The translations under genes were made by a program, and so were the position numbers. Positions 40,200 through 53,083 of a DNA stretch of 64,000 bases are shown piece after piece (within the stretch, counting starts at the first letter, position 1; each line of letters starts with the position of its first letter). The notes beneath the pieces were generated by a model. The model was given only the letters and a program-made list of their open reading frames with translations, did no database searches and had not been told where the DNA came from. Source of the DNA: Octopus sinensis (Eukaryota); the NCBI RefSeq assembly GCF_006345805.1, contig NC_043005.1, positions 68,448,001-68,512,000 of the forward strand. Reading direction: 5' to 3'.

Positions 40200-42450
40200 G
40201 TTACAAAATAATCTTCAACAGGAAATAGCGCATCGATTTATCTGGAAAGTTATAATTACTGATTTCCACAGGAAATGAGGCCACGTGCTCTCCTTTACAA
40301 GGGCTTCATCGTTCAAGCTTTTATATTTGACTTTCTTGAGCTGAGGAGAAACGTTATATCTATTCTCTCGGGGCACTGTGAGTTCAACCAAGATGATTGT
40401 TGCATACTCTTAGATAACAGAAATACGTCTGGTCCTAACGTTGTTTGCACTAACTTCTCTTGGCAGACTACCCTTCAGATCAAATCTGAAGCTGATTATA
40501 AAATGCAAAGACCGGTCTCTTACCATCCGTTCGACTTAGAAAACTTGCCACCTTCCCATAAGAATCCTAAGCACTTGGATGGTGATGACTGTTGTTTGTT
40601 AACGTTAACTTCCTGCAGATACGTCTGTTTGGCGATTTCTGCCAAGAGTTTGTAATGCCTTCGCTTGTATCAACCTTCTGCCGTTGTTCTAAGGTATCCA
40701 GTTACAATAAGGTCTACTTTTCAAAGATTTGCTCCATATTGATTGCAGGAAAGGTCCTCCCTTTACCGCAGAGTTTAAGGTAAGAGTTTGGCTACAGCAC
40801 TCACGAGGGAGAAGAATTTCCCCCGGCCATTACTCCAGAATTTTCGACAGATCAGTGATTGTGCTAGAGTGCTTGGTGCCTCTGTATCTAATGTCACGGG
40901 CGAATAAGACTCATTGCTTTCATGCGGAAACATTCCTCTGATGAATTGCAGATCCTTTGTACTATGAGCTCCCTCTTGCCCTCGCATTGGCTTTTTTACG
41001 CCTTTTGGCGCTGTAATTGTCATGTACTTGCCGACCATAACATATTACTCGATATATCTCCTGGGTCTTCCACTTTCTTTACAGACTCCTTGGATTACTA
41101 CCTTAAGTCCTAATAGTTTCGACCCACCTCAGCAAGAAGTGCTGTAGTAGAATGTTGCAGATAATAGGGAAAGGCTTGCTTCATGTATGTATATCTGTGT
41201 GTAGAGGAACCTATGTACGTATGTGAATGTGTATGTGTGTGTGGTCTTGACAAGAAATGTCCAGGAAAATATTGAGTGTAAGCAATTTCAGCAGGCCGGA
41301 ACTAACGACTGCAGTAATTAATGAGATGATGTTGCGTTAAAGTACGAATATCGCTCAAATCTCGATAGTATGACTGGGAATACAAAGAGGGTTGCTGAAG
41401 GAAAGCTAGAGCTTTATCTGGTTAGGAAGAGCAGATATTGTGCAAATTGGAACTGTTGTTGTCCTAGCAGTGGAAATCACATTTCTTCGGACAAAGTTGT
41501 CAATTCCTGTTTTCCGGAATATAACGATGGATGGCACTTGAAATGTTACTGTCTGTAGTATTTATGTACAATAACAAAAGGGTAGAACAGAAATTTATAC
41601 ATCCACAGTTCACTGCCCAGGCAAGTGGATAGAGTTTCAATTATAGATATGCTATGTGTCCTTACCATATTTGTTACAATATCTGGGAAGTATTACCATA
41701 GGCTTGTGAAGCTGGTATGCGGGAGTGCAATTGCATCGGCAAAGGGTTGTCTTCCCAATAAAAGCACTTTGAGCATCGTTCGTGTTCTAGGTTTTCATCC
41801 CCTAAGCAAATTATGGGTATTAACATGCATGGGACTATACGATGGGGGATTTTAGTGAAATAAATTTAAACTCTGATGGAGAACACTCCTCAAATCATAG
41901 ATGATTCTCAGCATGTGTAATCAGGTCATTGCAAAACTCTCCAACCGTTACTCAGTTTCCCGAAGATTACCTTTACAACTGATATTAACTGCAGCTCAAG
42001 CAATGGCAGTCATTTAGTACGCGCTTAAAACAGCTAAAAACATCCCAGAGGTAAGCTGTACGGGGTGCCAAGAGGTATTGATAATTTCACCGACCACATA
42101 TTGATACATACCACATGCAGTTTGCCTGAGAAATCGTAACTGAGGTACAGTGGAGGAAATTGTAGCAAAGAACAAAAGAAGAGTAAGTATGAGTCATTTA
42201 TACGACTAAAAGATGTATGAAATACTGATTGGAACATTCTAGTGAATAATAAACCTGTCCTCAAGCTTTTCTCTCGTGTCTCGTGAATATGTTTAACATT
42301 TTCCGGTTTGGATTTACAGGTAAAAGCTTCCATTTGTAGAACAAAATCAAGAAATCTTCTGGTGCTGACACCAGTCTCTTTGGAGATATATATGCGAACC
42401 TCCTAAGTTCTTCAGAGCGTGTTGGAAATATGGTAATATCATCTGCAACT
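40200..42450 (-). pseudogene. Decayed RLE-type (HERO/R2-group) non-LTR retrotransposon
   Basis: Minus strand EG*YKRRHYKLLAEIA (40631-40678; cf. GRYxWRHDxVL), TTLGPDVFLLSKS and IILVELTVP (40371-40450; cf. RPDIVLWS..ELTVPWE). Weaker RT traces near 41580-41750. Boundaries approximate. Confidence 0.65.
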
Positions 42451-43599
42451 CTTCAAAGATGAACAAGTAGCTACTGTTAAAGAGCAAAAGTGATTGACAA
42501 ATTGTAGTAGCTATCGAGTAATCATCTTTATTTTCTCAAATAGAGGGGAATTCTGGCAAAGGTAATGCTCAGGCAACTATAATGTATCAAGAAAAAAAAA
42601 AAAACATTGTTCTGTGAGTTAACCTCATCGCTGTGTTCATCAATTTTACCCATAATTTAAACTATGTGAGAGAAGGGATGAATTATACATCACTTTTAAA
42701 ATACATGTATGTCCAAAGCATTCGGAAAAATATCTCTGAAATCTCCCTATAGTGTGCTTAAAGTGAAAAGTAAAATATATACCAACACGCACTTCATGGA
42801 TTATTTACAGACACCATGATTGAAAAGATAGTAAGCGATCTGACAGGTGTGGCGTAAAATCGCACAAGAATGGGCTGTCAAATATTTGTTCATTTAATGC
42901 TGTCGAAAATGTTATGACACATATATCTGTGAACTACTCTGATGGTTCATTCTGTGGGAGGTAAGCAGAAAATTACGCTTAATTTTCAGGGTGCAGGGTG
43001 CTAGAGACAACAACAGCTCCTCTTTGCACTATATCTGCTCTTTCTAACAAGATAAAGCTCTGGCTTTCCTTCCGTAACCCTCCTTGTATTCCCAGTCATA
43101 GTACCGAGGTTAGAGCGATGTTCGTACTTTAAAAGAGAAATCTAATGTCCTTTATCAGTAAGTTGTTTGAATATATTGGCATTACGTTTCTGACGACAAA
43201 CACTTGGATATGGAATTGGCTCGATGTATGCATTCTTTTGAAAAGCTTAACTAATGACTGGTAAAAGTAATAAACCATAAAGCTTTTAATAATTACCTGA
43301 AACGAAATAATGATATTTTAAAATAATTTGATTCACACCTTTCAGATTTCTGTGACATATGATAGGAAACGCATCCATTTCGCAATATCTTCCTCAGTCA
43401 AAACATTTGCATTTCCTATTATGTATTACGGAGACATGAAACGCATATATTAAATAATTTCAAAATGTAATTATTTGGATTTACTTCGTTATTAAAACTT
43501 GTAATTTGTAGCTAATTCAAACTCCAGTTATGCTGATATTCTGACAACGATTCGGTGTAGTTAATCAAATTTGACTTTAGTTGAGATTTCTGGTATCTT

Positions 43600-43708
43600 A
43601 TATCTATCTATCTATCTACCTATCTATCTACCTACCTACCTACCTACCTACCTACCTACCTACCTACCTACCTACCTACCTACCACCTATCTATCTATCT
43701 ATATATCT

Positions 43709-43783
<75 letters not shown>

Positions 43784-43869
43784 GTCTGTCTGTCTGTCTG
43801 TATGTCTGTCTGTCTGTCTGTCTGTCTGCCTGCCTGCCTGCCTACCTACCTACCTACCTACCTACCTAC

Positions 43870-43914
<45 letters not shown>

Positions 43915-43990
43915 AATCAATCTATCTATATACCTATCAAAGTTAAATCAGTTTTATATATATATATATGTATGTATATGTATATATATA
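43600..43990. repeat. Compound tetranucleotide microsatellite (CTAT/CTAC/CTGT/CTGC)
   Basis: Direct reading. Confidence 0.95.
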
Positions 43991-44544
43991 CATATATATG
44001 TATGACTATGTACATATATGTATATACATAGATATACATGCATACATATATATACGTACACACAAACACACACACACAGATATACACATACACATATATA
44101 TATTTATACACGTAGGAGTGTAATATTTGTATGCTAGTGCATGTGTGGGCCTGTGGGTGTGTGTTTGTTTGTGGGTTTGCACAGGTATAAGTGTGCATAT
44201 TGATTGGTATATAAACCAATATATGTTTAAATACTTTTCTACGTTTTTGTATTGTTTTCCAATTAAATATTCTATTTTCATTCAGAATATTTTATTCCTA
44301 TCCAAATTAAAATGAACAAATTGTTTAATGTATATTTTTACATAGTTTACCTTTATGTGAATAGAAGCGCATGCTACACCCAAAGGTAAATGATCGTTTT
44401 GCTTAAATGAGAAATGTGCATTTTCACGAAAATGTCTAATTTAGTATTTATATTAAGTCAAATGATGACGGCTATGGAAGTAATTACTAGTATGCTTAAG
44501 GTATGTCTCAAGAGAAAGTCATGCAGTATTTAGAAGTGATTAGA

Positions 44545-44960
<416 letters not shown>

Positions 44961-46076
44961 CGTACACACAGGCACATATATACACCGATATCAATGTATT
45001 TTTAATGCAGAGGGAGAAATGGCTCAGGTTTTCTACATTGAAATATGAGTTAAATGTATTATTTGAAAACATAGTTTCGTTACTACCATCTAATTTCAGA
45101 TTCTAATCCTGGTGATATCATCTTTGCCTTTCAATACTACTAGGTTGCTGGAATATGCATAAAGAACATGATCGCCCATAACTTTTTCCTCTATATAAAT
45201 AAATGTATTTCTATAGAGAGATAATTATTTCTCTTTCAAAATTTAGCATTTTAGACAAGTCTGTGCTATGAAGGTTTGCTTGAATAGCCAACACCTTTTC
45301 TAATAAGTATGCGTATATGTGAATATCATTGTCTCCAAATCTCAAAAAGAAGAAATAACATTAATCTGTAATTAATTTCCTGTGCTGTTAGTTTTCCTGA
45401 CGCATAGTTTTGTGTTCTGTTGCCAGCCAACATTCTGCACCGAATACTCTTTTCTTGTTTCTTGTCCATGACGCCATACAGCTATTTTATTATTTTTCTG
45501 TATGGAATTACAATTTCTATTAATGCCATATCTTGTTCCTTAGTTTACATTATGTTGTGCATATATCTACTTGTTGTTGTAACAGTTTCATTTTATCAGG
45601 ATCAATTATTTGGATTATTCAGTCATTTCATTTGTAACTAAGAGTGTTATGAATTATGCAGTTGCTATAGTAAACCTTCTTATTACCAAACAACAGTTTA
45701 TCATATCTACTTTGTAATCTAACTTTAACAAATTGTTCCTATCTAGTTACATGCGCACTTTCCTCGAACTTCACTTATACTACCACCTCAAAATACAGCT
45801 AATTATTGTTTTCTATTCTGGAATTAATGACACCTGCTTTGGTAGAGAGAGACAACAATATATATTAAAGATCTTACTTACTAGAGTATGAAGACTTATT
45901 TTGAAGCTTACTTTGTTCCGTATCGCATCAAAGGTGAGATTTATGTCTTAATTTCAATGAAAAGGTTCGGTTCATCGTACTTTGTCTCCAGTCTCTTCTA
46001 AAGTTTTGTATTTAATGTTCATTATCTTATTCTGATGAGGTCACAGTTCATTTATCTCTATTTTCATATCATACAA

Positions 46077-46510
46077 TTCTATATTTAAGAGATGAGGAAT
46101 TATGTACATTATTTACATTCGACAGATATTTGTCCTTATCTTGTTTATTGTTAACATAACCTTTCGGCTGAAACACCCTCCATCATTCATCAGGTGTCTT
46201 GGAGAAATTTCGAATCTGGGTTCTCATTCCTAAGGTATTTTCCGATCATCATCATCATCATCATCATCATCATCTTCTTCTTCTTCTTTTTCTTCTTCTT
46301 CTTCTTCTTCTTTTTCTTCTTCTTCTTCTTCTTCTTCTTCTTCTTCTTCTTCTCTTCTTCTTATTCTTCTTCTTCTTCTTCTTCTTCTTCTTCTTCATCT
46401 TCTTTTTCCTCAAGCCACCTGATGAAGGCTGGAAGGTATATCAACCAAATGTTGTGTTAATAACAAAAAAGATGAGGACAAGTATCCGTCAAATGTAAAG
46501 AGTGTAAATA
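46077..46510. mobile_element. Divergent inverted pair of pLTR-like repeats (family D) with degenerate hammerheads, around (CAT)n(CTT)n
   Basis: 46077-46245 (-) and 46405-46510 (+) share CACCTGATGAA..GG..CA(G/A)CC(G)AAA..TT(A/G)TGTTAA..AAGAT(A/G)AGGACAA..TC(G/A)AATGTAAA. Another 3' fragment lies at ~32225-32282. Confidence 0.7.
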
Positions 46511-47917
46511 CTATATATTTTCATATAAATCTCTCAGTTTAATCTACCGTCTCTAAGAAACAAATTCATATTCTCTATTATTCCTTCCATGATTCCCAGG
46601 CGCTAATGGATTTTTCGGTTTTTGTCTCCAGCCAGGTGACATTCATAGACATTCTTATTATATTTATAACAACATTCATTTGTTTTCGAAACTACAAGAA
46701 GCCATCCATGTGAAGTAGGCAATTCTCTTTCGCATTTTCTACATGTGATAACTAAATCTCTCTTAGGTTCATTCAGTACACAGGAGGAAATATGAGTACC
46801 CGAAGATGGAAATACATTCAGTTTAATTTTCAGTTTCACAGCATAGAAATTTCTCGATCAAATAGAAATCCATCAGGAACGACAGGATTCAAAAGAGGAA
46901 GGATACATAAAGGAATAAAAGAAGAGAACGGATAACCGACTTTTCCCTGGCGATAAAAATCAATTGCTGTTTGAAAGGAATGAAGATTAAAAGAAAAACT
47001 GGGCTATTAATAATTTTTCCCATTCAGATATGTTTAAAAAGACAAGTTACATTGTTTAGATTGAGTGAATTTCATTCCATGTAAGATGTTTTGAAGTTTT
47101 AGAGGCGCATTTTTTTATTAGTAAAACTCACTACCTCATAAAGTGTAATTTCTTGTTTATTATATGATGGGTTTCGAAGAAAAAGCTAAGCTCATTGCTT
47201 TTGCACGCTGTTTGAAGCCATGGAGACGTTGTTAATGTTTTTCTCAAACCATTGCAAGTCAACATCTTCGGAAAAGACATATTTGGCAAATAATCGATGT
47301 TCTGAGAAGGAAGAATTGAAGTATGTGTGTAGTACAGGATCTGAATAAGTAGAGCAGATATTCGACCAGAAAATTTCAAGGTGTAGACGCTATTTTAGTA
47401 ATGCTTCAACAGGAGGGATAGGAGATATTATGGTTCTGTTGCTGGAGCGGGTTTTGAGAATGTCTATACCATTGACTTTTTTAGATGCAAACTTGTCTAA
47501 TATGTCTACATTTGCTGTAGCTGCCGCAGCGGCACAGGTCTTGATGCGAGAGACTTACACTTTTGTTTGCGAGTCTCATATGAATTTTGTAGAAAGTCAG
47601 TACTCGTGGAGGCTTGACATATCTTCAATGTTGCTTGTGTTTCAGAAGTACTTTTATTACGAAAGATGTACTTTAATCAAGATAACGAATGTATGTTGTG
47701 ACGATGTTCTCTCGATGTGAGTAGCTTCTGTGTTTTGTTTGTACTGAAAAGAGAGAAGCGCCTCTCCCAAATGGTGTACGCTTTCGATTTCTGTTCATAG
47801 ATTCATTGGTGGTTTGTCGCACGGAGGTCAAACTGTGAGAGGTTAATATAAGATTCTGAAGATTAAGAGAGAATAAATAGTAGTATCATGTGAATGATCG
47901 GACGTTCATACATTCCG

Positions 47918-47984
<67 letters not shown>

Positions 47985-47987
<3 letters not shown>

Positions 47988-48247
47988 TGAGGCGAGAGTC
48001 ACGACACCCCCTACAAGAATAGACTTGCCCACAAAACTATAAATAGTGGCGTTCTGAGAAGGAGGGTAGCCGTTAATCGCAGGAAGTCGGAATATCGTTT
48101 GTTGGTTCGTGTATAGTTCATGGAGAGTTTGTTGGATTGTTACGTTAGTTTACTCTGCTTCGTTTTATATTTTATTGTAATTGTATGGTTATGGTGTAAA
48201 CAAGTATCATCATAAATAATGGTGATACAACAATAATTGGCGACGAG
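47985..48247 (+). mobile_element. LTR (TGTTG..CAACA, 47985-48232) plus primer-binding site of a Gypsy-type retrotransposon
   Basis: 5-bp terminal IR; TATAAATA at ~48038; TGGCGACGAG at 48238-48247 is complementary to the 3' end of tRNA-Ser(GCU) (..CUCGUCGCCA). No internal ORF follows. Confidence 0.7.
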
Positions 48248-48423
48248 TAACTACGTTACCTTATTAACGGCGTGGATTCAAAGTCCATGCATGTCAGTTA
48301 ACAAATTTTTCTGGTACAAAGTTGTTAATTATAGAAGACCACCTAGTTTCTGTATCACAGTTGCAAAAGCAACAGCAAGAACAACAACTACAACAACAAC
48401 ATATATATATGTACATATAATAT

Positions 48424-48497
<74 letters not shown>

Positions 48498-48498
48498 G

Positions 48499-48598
<100 letters not shown>

Positions 48599-48620
48599 AT
48601 GTTACATTACTCGGTAGTCA

Positions 48621-48683
48621 AGATAAAACTCTGAGTTTCAGATGCCGAAGTGGAAATCCACAACACCATCTCTTCGGTTATCT
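48621..48683 (-). ncRNA. Hammerhead-like motif in the 3' UTR of the minus-strand Penelope-like fragment
   Basis: AGAUAA CCGAAGA GAUG..GUGGA UU UCCAC..CAUC U GAAA CUC A GAG UU UUAUCU. Stem I 6 bp; core has CCGAAGA instead of CUGANGA. Confidence 0.55.
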
Positions 48684-48864
48684 GGCTATTTGAAAACGTT
48701 ATGAAAAAATACCGTTAAATAAAGGGAAATTACTCTGTTATAACTCTGCTTGCCTGCGTACTTATACATCGCTCGCATTTTTCGTCATAAAAATTATATA
48801 AAAAACATAAAAAATATATATAAAAATATATAAATTCTTCTTGGAATAACATAGAAAGCATGCT

Positions 48865-49143
48865 CTATCTGTTTTCTTTAGGGGACCAAAAACGTAACAG
48901 AAATTTAGTCACATGTGGGCATGATCCGAAAAGCTCTGTCCTTGTATTTAGACATGTAGTAGGGTCTAAGCTGCTTTTCCAGATAAGCCATCTCTCCATG
49001 TCGCATGGACCGCACCTTCCGCTGCCGTTACTATAGGGCTTACATCTTATCTTCCATTGTATGTTATAATCGACACCTTTATCTCTTAAAGACCAAATAT
49101 GATTAGATAATTGTGTCGCTTTTCTTTTGTTCCAGTGCCTAAA
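48865..49143 (-). pseudogene. C-terminal GIY-YIG endonuclease region of a Penelope-like element (probably Naiad-type); not in the ORF track
   Basis: Open 93-codon frame FRHWNKRKATQLSNHIWSLRDKGVDYNIQWKIRCKPYSNGSGRCGPCDMERWLIWKSSLDPTTCLNTRTELFGSCPHVTKFLLRFWSPKENR*, resembling TELSKHIW..W.I..PY..RCxLCxxE..LNxRxEL..CxH. Confidence 0.75.
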
Positions 49144-49671
49144 TGCGTTGTACTGGGGTTGAAGTGTGTTCCTTCTGTGTGTTGAGTGGTGTCTGAGGTC
49201 TCTTTGGCGTTGAATTGGTAAGTAGAGTTTTCAGTGTAGTGTTGATTTCATTTAGGTTTACATCAATCTTATCCGAAAGTAGAGTTTTCAGTGTAGTGTT
49301 GATTTCGTTTAGGTTTACATCAATTTTATCCGAAAGTTGTTGATGATGGTCACCAATAAGACCATTCTAAAAGAACTCAAAGTACTCAATACACATCTAC
49401 TTACATTCTCCAAAGAAATTGACGAACTTCTCCATCAATCCCGGGACAACTCAGAAAACAACCATCATCAACAACTTTCGGATAAAATGATTGATGTAAC
49501 CTAAACGAAATCAACACTACACTGAAAACTCTACTTTCGGATAAGATTGATGTAAACCTAAATGAAATCAACACTACACTGAAAACTCTACTTACCAATT
49601 CAACGCCAAAGAGACCTCAGACACCACTCAACACACAGAAGGAACACACTTCAACCCCAGTACAACGCATT
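49142..49671. repeat. ~210-bp inverted repeat (49142-49350 vs 49461-49671), 110-bp spacer, each arm with an internal ~58-bp tandem duplication
   Basis: Arms are near-exact reverse complements. Confidence 0.95.
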
Positions 49672-52600
49672 AAAAACCAGATCATCACTACTTGGACTAA
49701 GAAACTACACAACAGAAAACTTCTCTTCTGGAACATGCTCAAAAACCAAAACAAAGCTGAAATTTACGACAAATGGTTAAACTCCTCCCCTATCATACTA
49801 CCCCGAAAATTCCAAATCAAACACATCCCAGACGAACCTGAAAAACAACGCTCCCTAAGAGAAAAACTAACATTGGAAAAAATGAAAACTGAAGTAGAAC
49901 TTCTAAAACTCATAGCACAAAACCACGAACAAAAATACACAAAAATAGACGATGAGATACTTCTAGAACTAACCTCACACACCAACGAACAGCCCCTCGA
50001 ACTTGTTATTAAACTATGGAAAGATGAATGTGAAAAGGAAGAACGAACCTCCCTTAAACGCTGGGAAAACAACAAAGAATTCTTCCTCAACTATGAAACA
50101 CAATTCATATTAAACCATAAATCCAAAAACCCATTCATAAAAGTACCCACAACACAGACTTCCACTGTACCCCATAAACACCATTCCAAACCGCACCTCA
50201 AATACACATACTCTCCAAACCCCCTCCTAACAGGACACAACATCCCCCAACCATATAAAAAACCTTTTCCCCCCCGAAACATCTCAAACAAGACCCACCA
50301 CAAAACATGGTTTTCCAGTCACTCTAACACCCCTCCCCCACCGACAAGAACCTTCAAGAACCTCCCATACACTAGGAATTATCCCCCCTCAATGCTCCTC
50401 TCCCTCACACTAATAACAAACAAGGCATCCTACCCACACCGATACATATAATACCCACCCAACGAACCCCCTATAGTCCACCCATCCAACAACCACATTC
50501 CTACCACATTTCCTACAGATCTCCAAACCCTCACATCCCACACGAACCCAATCACCACAACTACATACCCCCCTACATCCCCCCATACAATCTACCAGAC
50601 ACACACCCACAAACCCATCGCATTTCTCACAAAACCTTACACCATCGCATCCCATACCAACATAAATACCACAACTACCTACCCCCCTCCAACCTCCCCA
50701 CCCAAAAACACTCCTACACATACAACCAGAACTTTAACAAAGAATACACCCCTTACCTCAACAACCATTTTTTAGACAGAGGGGAAACATACAAACACCA
50801 CCGCTAACACAGACCCAAAATAAGAAAACACAAATTATAAACCTCTCCAGCAAAACACTGACACCAACCCAAATCAACATCCTAGCAGGAGGTTTGAAAA
50901 TCACACCCACCCCAAGAACACCCAACCCCCCGGAGGTCAAGGATGACGTTTCTGAATTCTGCAGAAAACTTCGCCTAACAGAAGCTTTGACAGATATCAA
51001 CAATGGGGATGATTCATTGATCAGAAATAAAAGCAACTTCCTACCATCAAAAGGGAGAAATAAAACACTGGACGATTTCTGCAAACACATCCAGAGTCTC
51101 CCCTTTACCCCAAGCAAAACCAGGTAAAATCCAATTCAGTAAGGAAGAATGGGAAAACCTACGTGACATACAACTGGATAAAAACCTCACCATCAAAGAA
51201 GCGGACAAAGGGAGTGCTGTGGTCCTTATGGACACGGAATTTATAAACACCTAGTGTTTTCCATGCTTAACAATAACATTTTCTATGAGGTTATTAACAA
51301 CTACAAACAGCAAAAAACAATCAGAAACCTCACCACACTCATACGCCAACACGGTCAGGGACTCACAGAAAAAGAAAGGGATTATATCGCCATTTTCAAA
51401 TGCAAGCCCAGCCTCTTTTATGGCTTTCCTAAAATCCATAAAAACAAATACATCACCGAAGCCTGCAAACTCTCCACTGACATCCACATCAACATCAAAG
51501 GACCGGAGGACCTAAAACTAAGGCCCATCGTGGCTGGTACCTCCTGTGAAACACACCGCCTGAGTAACTTCCTAGACATCCTTTTGAAACCTTTCCTTAC
51601 CCACATCAAAAGTTTCATTAGGGATGATCTTGACATGCTCAAACACCTCCCGAAAACAGTTAACGAGGAGGCACTCCTGGTATCTTTTGATGTCATCAAC
51701 CTCTACACCAACATCCCACATGAGTATGGTATAGAGGCAATTGACCTCTGGCTAGAAAAACACCCAGAGACATTCCCTGACCGCATCAACAAGTCTTTTA
51801 TTACAGAATCTCTCAAGTTCATTCTGACAAACAATTTTTTTCTCTTCGACGACACACACTACCGTCAAAAATGTGGTATTGCGATGGGTACCAAGGCTGC
51901 ACCAGTCCTTGCGAACCTCATAATGGGTTACTTCGAACTGTCACTCTATGAAATATCAAGCCAGAAATTTGGACATGTTTTCCACACCTACCTAATGGAA
52001 AACTGGAAAAGGTATTTAGATGATTGTTTCATCATATGGAAAGAACCTTATGAAAAACTCCTGGAATTCAAAACCATACTAAACAACATACATCCCAACA
52101 TCCAATTCACTATGGAATTAAGCAAACATCATCTCCCATTCCTTGATCTCCTAATTATAAAAACACCTAAGAACCAAATCATAACAGATATCTACCACAA
52201 CCTACAGACTCACAACAATACCTCCTCTTTAGTTCATGCCACCCAAAACACACCAAGACAAATATCCCTTTCAATTTAGCTAAAAGGGTATGCACCATTG
52301 TCTCGGATCCAAAAACACGAGAAATACGCCTTCAAGACCTCAATAAAACACTATTACAACGTCAATATCCCTCCACCCTTATAGAGTATGGAATAAAACG
52401 CGCCAAAGAACTAGATAACACTACACTGAAACACCACCCAACCTAACACCACACACAACCTCAAAATACTTCCATACATTTCCACCCACAACCCCAAAAA
52501 TATCGAAGCATACACCACAATCATACAAAACCTCAGTCTACTGTCAACAGACCCAAAAATGAAAAACATTATAAATACACACAAAATCCTCAAATGTAAA

Positions 52601-53083
52601 AGGCAACACAAATCTTTAAAAAAACTCTTGACAAATGCCAAACTTCACACACCACATCCACCCCCAACAGTAAAAAAATGTGCACGCTCAAACTGTGGTA
52701 CCTGCCCCTTTCTACTTGAAGGCTCTGAATTTACCTTCAAACAAGGTACGAAGTTTAAAATCAAGACTAACTTCTCCTGTTCCTCCGAGAACCTTATCTA
52801 CGTTCTCACATGCGCTTGTTGCCAACATAATTATGTTGGACAAACGAGTCTCCCGTTACGTAAACGAGTAACGGTGCATAAAGAACAAATAAATCTCCCG
52901 GAATACCGACAAATTCCACTGAGTGACCACTTAGACTCATGTGCTAAAGACTTAAACCCCAAATTCTATATATTCCCCTTCTACCAATGTAAAGACGGGA
53001 TCACCACACAGGAGAGAATTAACAAGGAGAATCTCTTTATTGAAAAATTCCAAACACAACTTAATATGCAAACTCCTCGTTGA
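49351..53083 (+). pseudogene. Penelope-like element (Neptune-type) RT plus GIY-YIG polyprotein, frameshifted
   Basis: IINLSSKTLT..GLKITPTP; IKEADKGSAVV; FYGFPKIHK; LRPIVAG; LVSFDVINLYTNIP; GIAMGT; RYLDDCF; LPFLDL; KKCARSNCGTC zinc finger; NLIYVLTCACCQHNYVGQT; LN terminus. Confidence 0.95.

Noticed and set aside
48735-48805. SECIS element in the 3' UTR of the Naiad-like fragment (some Naiads encode selenoproteins)
   Set aside because: An AUGA is present on the minus strand, but I cannot form the GA quartet and upper helix, and the retained frame has no in-frame UGA. A SECISearch run would settle it.
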